From the NCBI GenBank assembly GCA_964035545.1, contig OZ037767.1:16734581-16798580 (forward strand): a stretch of DNA of 64,000 bases, in the 5' to 3' direction. Made by a program: the position numbers and the translations under genes. Positions 1 to 10,100 of the stretch are shown piece by piece (positions within the stretch are counted from its first letter, which is position 1; the number at the start of each line of letters is the position of its first letter). The notes beneath the pieces are model-generated. The model saw only the letters and a program-made list of their open reading frames with translations, was not told where the DNA came from and did no database searches. This DNA is from Bugula neritina. Its lineage: Eukaryota; Animalia; Bryozoa.

Positions 1-959
1 GAGGCAATGTTGACAGTGGTGAACCTCTTTTGTTTTCTACAGGGATACTATTATGTCATTCCATACCAAATCAACCAACTTTCAAGGGGTCCCAAGTCTT
101 TGTGTCTCAGATTTTGCTCATATTTACACTAAATGGACCTACACATGTTCAGATTACCATTCGTGAATATTTCTGGCCTGACACAAAAAAATTTTGAGAA
201 ATTACTACTTTGGTGAACAAAGGTTGGAAAATATTTTGAGGAAAATTTGTGATTTATACTTTTAGACCAATTTATAAGTAATTTAAAATTTGATTAGGCG
301 AGTATTTGAAATTTTTCAAAATTTACAAAGATTTGTTCATATTCAATGACTTTGCATATATGCACACAAAGTATTCTGTAGTATGTGTTGCTACTAGTGC
401 AAATTGATAGGTATTATCAAATCACACAGCAAATTTTAAGGCTAAGTCTAGAAAATTGATTGAGATATAGACGTTTATAGATTAGTCTAAAAGTAGAAAT
501 CACAAATTTTTCTCAAAATCTTTCTCAACCTTTGTCCACAAAAGTAGTCAGTTCTCAAAAAAAATTTGTGTCAGGTCAGAAATACTGAAGAAGAGTACAT
601 GAGGCACAGGTAGGTCTGTTTGGTGTAAACATGAACAAAATCTGAGACGCAAATAGACGCGGGCAATTCGGTGAGCTGGCATGGAATGACCCTACTATAT
701 TGACCTAACTATCTGAACTTGTTATTTAACAGTAGGCATTGTAGAAAAAGAAGGAGTTTTTTAAGATTTAAAAGTTTGAAGTAATTGACATGTAATTATA
801 AAGTAATTGCAAAAATCAATTACATTAGATATGTAATTAATTACAATTACAATTACAATTACATTTTTAAACCTCAATTACAAATTACACTCAATTACTT
901 GAAAAAATGTAATTAATTACAGCCAATTAAAATTACAAATTACAATTACCCCAACCCTG
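1..959. mobile_element. Degenerate copy of the hAT-type non-autonomous element at 38892-39365, interrupted by a MITE; left end lies outside the window
   Basis: ~700-959 aligns with ~39120-39365 and shares the terminus ...caattaccccaaccctg; 4-42 (gcaatgttgacagtggtgaacctcttttgttttctacag) aligns with ~39057-39095. Confidence 0.75.
55..692. mobile_element. MITE / non-autonomous DNA transposon with ~210-bp imperfect terminal inverted repeats
   Basis: gtcattccat (55) pairs with atggaatgac (681-690); internal blocks also pair (tgtctcagattttg/caaaatctgagacg, cctgacacaaa/tttgtgtcagg, aaaatttgtgattt/aaatcacaaatttt); possible degenerate TSD tactattat/tactatatt. Confidence 0.75.
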
Positions 960-2155
960 GCCTATAGTACTTCAATAAATCATTGCACTTCAAGTGACCA
1001 CGAACTCGGTGCTGCTTCAAGCAGTTTTTTTATCTCTATTGCGCGCGTCGCTGCTGAGTAATGACTAATGAGTATTGCAATACTGTTACTTCATTTTAGT
1101 TTAATTTTTTAATGAAAGTGTTGCCTATGTAAATTTGTTCTTTATTTTACAAAAAATCCATCTAAAGATTAAATAACAAAAAAATTGAATATAATTATCA
1201 AAATCGAACCAATTATTGCGGCACATTGTAGAGTTATCTTTTCTTCCCAAAATCTCCTATATGCTTTAGACTTTAGAGTATAGTAGCAGTAATAACAATG
1301 ATTTTCAAATTAGTGAATTTCATGAATATTTAATACAATATTTTGATGAATCAATGTATCTATAGAGCAATGATTCTCACAAGGAAGCCATAGCTGCCAA
1401 ATGTGAAGTAGAGGACAGTATCTATTAAATATAAAAAGCCTAGGCAGAGTGTCACTTGACAGTTTCATTTATTTTTATATACGCTTAGAAAAATATATAC
1501 CTATACGGGCTATATACAAAATATGCTCAACTATAATATATAGTATATGGCTGATTTATTAAACTGCATGTATCAGAATAACTGTTTTTATTTGTAATAT
1601 GGTAAGTAATCAGTATTCACCATCACATTAATGTTGGCATAGCCTAGTATATGAAATGACCATATTTTATGCAACGAGCAAAAAGTAAATGGCAAGTTTG
1701 TGAAAAAAGTTTTGTCTTAAATGTGACTGCTGCATTATTTAATAATAGGCTGTCTAGTGGGCTGTTTGTGTTAATGAAGATGCAATTTCTTCAGGGGAGA
1801 CTACACACTCTCTAGCTAGTGCTTTTTCACCAACATCAAAATAGTTAATCATGATTATTCATTTTGAATATTACATTATATACATACACACACATAGATG
1901 TTTTTTATATTATTCTAACTTGACTGCGAATCTAAAATTGTTTAATAAATATATTGTAAATTCACCAATTAAAAACAGCTTAGTAGTATGTTTTAAGAAA
2001 TATCAAATGATATTAAAGTATATACAGGTATACAGTATACAGGTATACAGTGCACAAGTATAACAAGTATAACACACAAGTATTATTTGTTAAAGTGATG
2101 TTAGATGTTACATGAATATTATGACTAATAGCTGACCATCTCTACACTAAAATCC

Positions 2156-5100
2156 TTATCCAGTAGTAACCAACTGACTGGGAGAATCTCCAGAACTTGT
2201 AGCCTTGGTTCTCCTATCAATTACAGAAGTGTATGTAGTTTGTAGTCTGAGATCAGAACCTAACTGTTCATTAACATTACGGGACGGTGTGCTTGCCCCT
2301 CTCACTGGCTGAATTAAAGCTGACACTTTTTCATGAAGAATACTAGACTCGCCAGTTTTAAGAACTTCAGCTAAATCATAGAATCGGTGGTTATATTCCG
2401 TGAGTTTCCTTTTCAGATCTTCAAGACTACGTGACTGTTCTTCGATAAGATCTCCCTGAGCAAGAAATTGAGGAGACAACTTTGAGCAGGCAAGATAACT
2501 CCAAAAAGAAAGAATGAATTTTAAAAAAATGCAGCAGAGGAAAAGTTTGTGGCAATAGGATGGAAACGAATATTTCAGAATATTTAGAGGTTAGAGAAAA
2601 CTGAATTGAAAATTAGAATCTCACCTGTTTAGTTATGATACGTTCACACTCAGTTACTCTGTCACTCAGAGCATCAGTATGACTGTCAGTACGACTGCGA
2701 GAGTGACTGTCAGTTACAGAGTTACTAGTAGAAGGTGTAGAATGGTCAAATAAAACAAACTTTCTTCTGGAACATTCCACTGCGGGAGACGTTTTCCTTC
2801 TCTTCAGAGCAGATCCAAAGAGTGGAGACATGCTTATTCTTTTTCTAGCTAAAAGGAGTGTATACAGAGGGGTAATTTAGCTAGCTGAAAGGAGTGTATA
2901 CAGAGGGGTAATTATCTAGCTGACATGGAACAAAGGAGTGTATACAGTGAGTGGGACAATTTATCCCTAACTCAGTTTAATATCCATAGCAACAGAGAGA
3001 ACACTGCAGTGGAGTGCAGCAGTAAATTGACAAGTTCTATTGATCAGATATAAGCTCAATGTATTGTCCAGCTCATGATTTCCAGAATTATCTGCTTGTG
3101 TAAGGTTCAAACCTTTATATGTAATACTCACAGAGTCCTGCTTTTAAATAAGAGCGGACACAGTCACATAACCAACAGTCACACACAATGTACAGTACCT
3201 CCACACATAGACTACACACAATGTACAGTACCTCCACACATAGACTACACACAATGTACAGTAGTTACCTCCACACATAGACTACACACAATGTACAGTA
3301 CCTCCACACATAGACTACACACAATGTACAGTAGATACCTCCACACATAGACTACACACAATGTACAGTACCTCCACACATAGACTACACACAAGGTACA
3401 GTAGTTACCTCCACACATAGACTACACACAAGGTACAGTAGTTACCTCCACACATAGACTACACACAAGGTACAGTAGTTACCTCCACACATAGACTACA
3501 CACAAGGTACAGTAGTTACCTCCACACATAGACTACACACAATGTACAGTAGTTACCTCCACACATAGACTACACACAATGTACAGTACCTCCACACATA
3601 GACTACACACAATGTACAGTAGTTACCTCCACACATAGACTACACACAATGTACAGTAGATACCTCCACACATAGACTACACACAATGTACAGTACCTCC
3701 ACACATAGACTACACACAATGTACAGTACCTCCACACATAGACTACACACAATGTACAGTACCTCCACACATAGACTACACACAATGTACAGTACCTCCA
3801 CACATAGACTACACACAATGTACAGTACCTCCACACATAGACTACACACAATGTACAGTAGTTACCTCCACATATAGACTACACACAATGTACAGTAGAT
3901 ACCTACACACATAGACTACACACAATGTACAGTACCTCCACACATAGACTACACACAATGTACAGTAGTTACCTCCACACATAGACTACACACAATGTAC
4001 AGTACCTCCACACATAGACTACACACAATGTACAGTAGTTACCTCCACACATAGACTACACACAATGTACAGTACCTCCACACATAGACTACACACAATG
4101 TACAGTAGATACCTCCACACAGACTACACACAATGTACAGTAGTTACCTCCACACATAGACTACACACAATGTACAGTAGTTACCTCCACACATAGACTG
4201 AGAGCTTAGTTCAGGTTCGGGAATGTCTACAGTCACTCCACCTGGTAGTACAGCCACCCGGTCTTTCAGCAGCTCCTGGTTAGACACGTATTACTATATT
4301 ACTACTATATTATATTATTATGATACTAAAAAAATATATTATACTGTTATATTATATTATGCTATATTGTTGTATTACACTATATTACACTATACTACAC
4401 TATACTATTATATTATATTAATATATTGTTGTATAATACTATATTACTATAGTATTATAATATATTGCCACGTCATTGTGCAATATTAATATATTAATGC
4501 CATATTATTATATTGCTATATAATGAGACAATTTAATATATAATAAAAAACAAATATTATAACATTCAATTCAATCTCACCAGTTTAAGTGTTGGCAATA
4601 TTTTCTCTTCAAAGTGCTCCATAGCCATTGAAGAAATGTCCCTCAGTTCCATGAGCACCTCGTGAGAGCGGGGTGGCTCTTTTATAGTCCGTACCATCCT
4701 CAATACTCTCATTAGTTCATCTAGAACCTGTAAACATACACAATAGGCATAGAGTTTATTATAAAATATACAGACACGCCATGTACTATCTCATTATATT
4801 ATTATTACACTAAAACGCACATTCTGTTGATTAGACATACCAAAACACATATTCTGTTGAATAGACACACCAAAACACATGTGCTGTTGAATAGACGCAC
4901 CAAAACACATGTGCTGTTGAATAGACGCACCAAAACACATGTGCTGTTGAATAGACGCACCAAAACACATGTGCTGTTGAATAGACGCACCAAAACACAT
5001 ATTATGTTGAATAGACACACCAAAACACATATTATGTTGAATAGATACACCAAAACACATATTATGTTGAATAGACACACCAAAACACGTATTCTGACTT

Positions 5101-5549
5101 ACTTTGCCAGGTATGAAGCAGCAGTAGCCAGTCTCGATGTACTTGGCGTACGTAATCTGCAGAAGTGACATCCGGGTTTCTATGGCCGACAGGATGTCCG
5201 CGTGTCTGCAGTACGCATGATCCCGTCTCTCCGACTCGCGACGGGGCAACTTCTTCTTAATCTCTCTCTGAACAACCGTGTAAAAGTTCTCGGCTTGAGT
5301 GAAACCATAGTTTAAGGAAGCCATGCTTAGCTCATTCAACGATTTGGAAACCTGGAAAAAGTTGATAAGAATTCTGTAGAGCTGTAAAAAGCAACTTTGA
5401 CTACTACAGAAAATAGTTCAACTGTTGGCATTTCAATTACTCACCCTTCTCAGTGCGGATACTTCCTCAAAGGACAAGAAAGAGATAACCTTTAGTTTGA
5501 GTTCTTGAGGCAAGTCTAAAAAGCTGAAGGTCGTCTGCTGCTCGCCCAT
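2156..5549 (-). CDS. FBXO28: F-box only protein 28; exons 5549-5445, 5351-5103, 4727-4581, 4275-4185, 2848-2625, 2455-2156
   Basis: F-box FLDLPQELKLKVISFLSFEEVSALRR; LPRRESERRDH, CCFIPGKVLDE and ELRDISSMAMEHFEEKI motifs; all introns GT-AG with consistent phases. Confidence 0.93.
2845..2948 (-). repeat. 2-3 tandem copies of the FBXO28 intron-4 acceptor region
   Basis: Sense ctctgtatacactccttt(t/c)ag|ctag repeated at ~36-bp spacing. Confidence 0.8.
3180..4198 (-). repeat. 33/37-bp minisatellite (~29 copies) spanning the FBXO28 exon 4 donor
   Basis: Sense unit TCTATGTGTGGAG|GTAACTACTGTACATTGTGTGTAG; the first copy is the true exon end. Confidence 0.95.
4810..5096 (-). repeat. 30-bp minisatellite starting just after the FBXO28 intron-2 donor
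   Basis: caaaacacatgtgctgttgaatagacgcac x~9. Confidence 0.95.
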
Positions 5550-7183
5550 TTTTATTACCAAAATCTACAAAACAACACTACTGTAATAGGCTGCCAAAAT
5601 CATGAAATACAACTGTCAAATCTCATTTCTTGTTTATAAAACAAAAAATAAATCTGTAATTTTTTTCTTTTATCATTATGGTGATAGGGTAACACTAAGT
5701 GTGGCAACTTTTCTGTTGTCAATTCAATCCTAAGGCTAATCACTTAATAAATGACAGACATACATTTATAAAGTTTTCATTTTAAGCTGTCGTCTGAGCT
5801 AGTATCAGTACCAGTATGAATATAATTATAAACTTGAAGTGTATCAATATGAATATGAATATGAATATCATTATCAACACATATCAATTATCATAACTCA
5901 CAAGTTTAAGAGTATCCGCAGGACTAAGAGTAAAAGTAAGCCATATTGAAAGAAATATTGATATGAATATCATTATGATTATTCACTTCAAGAGCAATTT
6001 GAAGTTTTATTAAGATTACTACTAACAGTAACAGTAACACTATCAGTATCAGTATTACTATTACTATAGAGTATAGTAATTTACTAACTCTAAGTTAAAG
6101 TAATCAGTAATGGCTAAGAGTAACTCTAATGAGTAATGACTAATCCCAATGTCTAAAATGTCTAAGACGGATTGATAAGCATAATGTTAATATTACTATG
6201 TTATTTTCATTTTGGAATATCCCAATTTACTTGGAATTTTTGAGTAAATTTATACAATGATAGAATTGTGATATTATGAAGGACGTCAGTGCATAACGCT
6301 CTGCAAGGAATACACGACAGTATTTCTATGAATATTGAGATTAGAGGTTCGGGTTTCGTTATAGAAACTAGATTGCAAGTGGACCATGATATTTCCCAAA
6401 AGTACTCGCGCTACAGCATGTTGCGTAATAATAACTCTCGAAGAACTCTATGCATTTCGATGCAAATTTCATGACAAAGATAATTCCGAAGTGACTTTGC
6501 ATAATGGTGAGCAGTGCTATTTTGTATAGATGGGGCATCATATTTTTATTATATTACAGTTATGTTTATTATGTAGTTTCAAAATTGCCATCAAGCTGAA
6601 AATAATAATGTGTAGCTTTGTCAAACAGCTGATTAGTACTATATAGGTCAAGTCTGTGACGTCACGCATCATAATAAAGACAGCTGCATTAATACTTTAA
6701 TATAATCTACTGACTAGCACTAAATCTCTAACTAAACAGTAACTTTTCAGTAATTTCTAGATTGTAATTCAGCATTTAAACCTGTTTATATAAACTAACA
6801 TAACCGAAATTAGGCTATAAAACTCTAGTTAGCAACTAACCGTAAATTGGCGAAGTCAAACTCAAATGGTTCGCATTGTGATTGTCACTGTCGCTGTGAT
6901 TGCCACTTTGAGTTTGTGATTGTCATTGTGAGTGTGACTATTTTTACTTCTGTTCATCACTAATAAAACTATAATTTATGGTTTGTTTTCTGACTCAGAG
7001 CAAACCATAATTTTCTCCTAAGCAAGTCTGGCATCCAGTTCAGAGTCTGAACGTGGAGGTAATTCTCCTCCACCCTGTAAGAGAAGGAGATTTTTTGGTA
7101 GCACTAGCAGTACTGGTTCTAGTTTGACAACACTGACTAGTCCTCCTGGCGCAGCTGCTACTTGTTCAAAACATATAAAAGAA

Positions 7184-10100
7184 ATGCACGAGGGAAATCC
7201 AAATGGGTCAAGTTCAAGCTGTGAAAATCAAAATGGAGACTCAGAAAATGAAATTTCTTCCAAAGGAGACTCTAGCTTAGTAAGGTCAAAATGTGTAAAG
7301 ATGGGTGCCTTTCCTCTGACACACAAAGACAAGGACATAATAAGACTGATTGGACAGTATTTAAAAAACACTGGCTTTGAGTAAGTTTGAAAAATATTAT
7401 GCCTTTTGCCTATGTCTTGCACAATAATAGTAAAATGATTTCAGCTGTGTTTTTATAGAATTTAGAGTTTTCTTCAGGCTTATGTGCTCACAATTTTTTT
7501 AATAGTCGAGTTTTTGGTTGATTTCTATTTATTAATTATTGATGAAATATTCTTCTTATCAGTTATTAATATATGTGTAAGTATAACTCAACTAATGACT
7601 TCATTTGTGAGAGTTACTACTTTGCCTAGTTTAAAGTTGTTGATGAAGTAGGACACTGCAGTTACTGATGTTTAATTGCAGGCAAACAGCGGATAAGCTG
7701 GTGGATGAATCTGGTTTGTATCTCGAGCACCCAGTAGCAACTCAACTCAGATCTCATATTTTGGCTGGCAACTGGACCAAGGTAGTTTTACTTATATAAA
7801 CAACATTAACTGCTCTTACCCTTTAAAGTCTATTACTTACTGATGTAAACTTACATATTCTTTGGTGTTTAGGCTGAGGCTAGTTTGGCAGAACTACACA
7901 AACTCCTTTCATCTGATGAGTCAATGATGAAGGTACGTGTTGGTACTATGATTTGTTACTAAATCGCTGAGTGTTTCTGACACTTACGTTGAAGTGAGAC
8001 TCACACTGATATTTTGGGCTGAGAAACTCTTTGCACTCATGTCAAGTGAGAAGTCATTTACGCAGGTAGAACTCACAGTGATACTGAGTGATAAGGTAGC
8101 AACTCATAGTGATACTGAGTGATAAGGTAGCAACTCATAGTGATACTGAGTGATAAGTTAGCAACTCATAGTGATACTGAGTGATAAGTTAGCAACTCAT
8201 AGTGGTACTGAGTGGTGATCTTGAATTAAAAGTGATGCTGATATTTTAAAGTTCTTACTTTTGATTGGAAATTATTTAACTTTTTGTAGGAGATGAAATT
8301 TAGTGTACTAAAACAGAAGTATTTAGAGATGGTAGAAGACGGTAGATTAATAGAGGCGATACATTGTCTCAGATATGAACTGACCCCTCTCAAGTTCAAC
8401 ACCGGCCAAGTACACAAACTCAGCACGTGAGTATTTATATTCATTGCATACTCGTTATTGCAAGACTCGGCTAGTTTTAAATTATTATTGTGTTCCTTAT
8501 GTAATTTATTAAACCATATTGAAAAGCATTACTCTTCTAAGTTTTCTCAGCTTGAGATTTAGTCATAGTACTGAGTCAGTTTTCTTTGTTAGATACGTAA
8601 TGTATGACAGCTTAGATGAGTTGAAAGAGATGGCAAACTGGGCTGGCAAAGGCTATGCATCACGGCAGAGTTTAATGGAGCATTTACAGAGTAAGTCTTT
8701 TCTACCAACTCATTCACTCTGCTAACTCATTCACTCTACTAACTCATTCACTATACTAACTCATTTACTCTACTAACTCATTCACTCTACTCACTCATTC
8801 ACTCTACTAACTCATTCACTCTTCTAACTTATTCACTCTACTAACTCATTCACTCTACTAACTCATTCACTCTACCAACTCATTCACTCTACTCACTCAT
8901 TTACTCTACTAACTTATTCACTCTACTAATTCATTTACTCTACTAACTCATTCACTCTACTAACTCATTCACTCTCTCATTCATTCACTCTACTAACTCA
9001 TTCACTCTACTCACTCATTCACTCTACTCACTCATTCACTCTACTAACTCATTCACTCTACTAACTCATTCACTCTACTCACTCATTCACTCTACTAACT
9101 CATTCACTCTACCAACTCATTCACCCTACTAACCAATTCACTTTACTAACTCATTCATTCTACTAACTCTTTCACTTTAATAACTATCTAATACTCACTT
9201 ATTATCTTTTGTAGCGTTTTTGCCGATTCACATTGTGTTGCCCCCAAAGCGTCTGGACAAGTTGCTAGACCAAGCTGTGAGTCATCAGATCCACCAATGT
9301 AAATACCACAACAGATCTCTCTCTCCTCATTTATACGATGACTTTTCTCTCCTCACTGATCACATCTGTGCTAAGTAAGTAGTCTATGTGCTAAGTAAGT
9401 AGAGTCCTTGTTAAGTAAGTAACACCTGCAATATACTTACTTGTATTAACTTGTGTGATGTAAATCCATAGTGAAGTCGTGCACGCGAGTATTTTCTTTA
9501 AAGACTGATTAACTCTGTCTAAACAGCAGATGAATAGCAGATGAACTGATCAACAAATTATGTAGTAATACAGCAAACTGACCTAACTGACAAGTTTAGT
9601 ATTTTAACCATTAGACAGTTACTTGTTATGAACAGTGCTATGAATTCTTTGAGGTGACTGTATACTGTACAATGTTATAATGACACGTGACTTCTGCCTT
9701 TAGAGACAGCTTCCCTTCCCGCTGCACACATATATTAACTCAACATGGCGACCAGGTCTGGTTCTGCAGATTCTCTCCAGACGGGTCTCTCCTAGCAACA
9801 GGTAAACAAGTTTCACTTCTATCTTAGCAACAGGTAAACAAGTTTCACTTCTATCTTAGCAACAGGTAAACAAGTTTCGCTGCATCCTCACAGTCTCCTA
9901 GCAATATGTAAACAAGTTTAGCAAACAAAGGATTTGAATGTTTGCTATATGATGATTTTTAGTTACATAGGAGAGGAAAAACAACTCCTAAAACAAAGAA
10001 ATGGATTTGCTCATGTGTGATGTAACTATTTCATTAATTTTTGCTATTATCACTGATATGTTGTTATATTATGATTATTATACGTAAAGTTGTTGGCCCT

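Noticed and set aside
975-1378. Short inverted match aatcattgc/gcaatgatt suggesting another MITE
   Set aside because: Match too short and no TSD seen
3180-4198. CRISPR-like appearance of 29-37-bp repeats (also 19611, 44062)
   Set aside because: Units are head-to-tail with no unique spacers, there are no cas genes, and the context is eukaryotic introns
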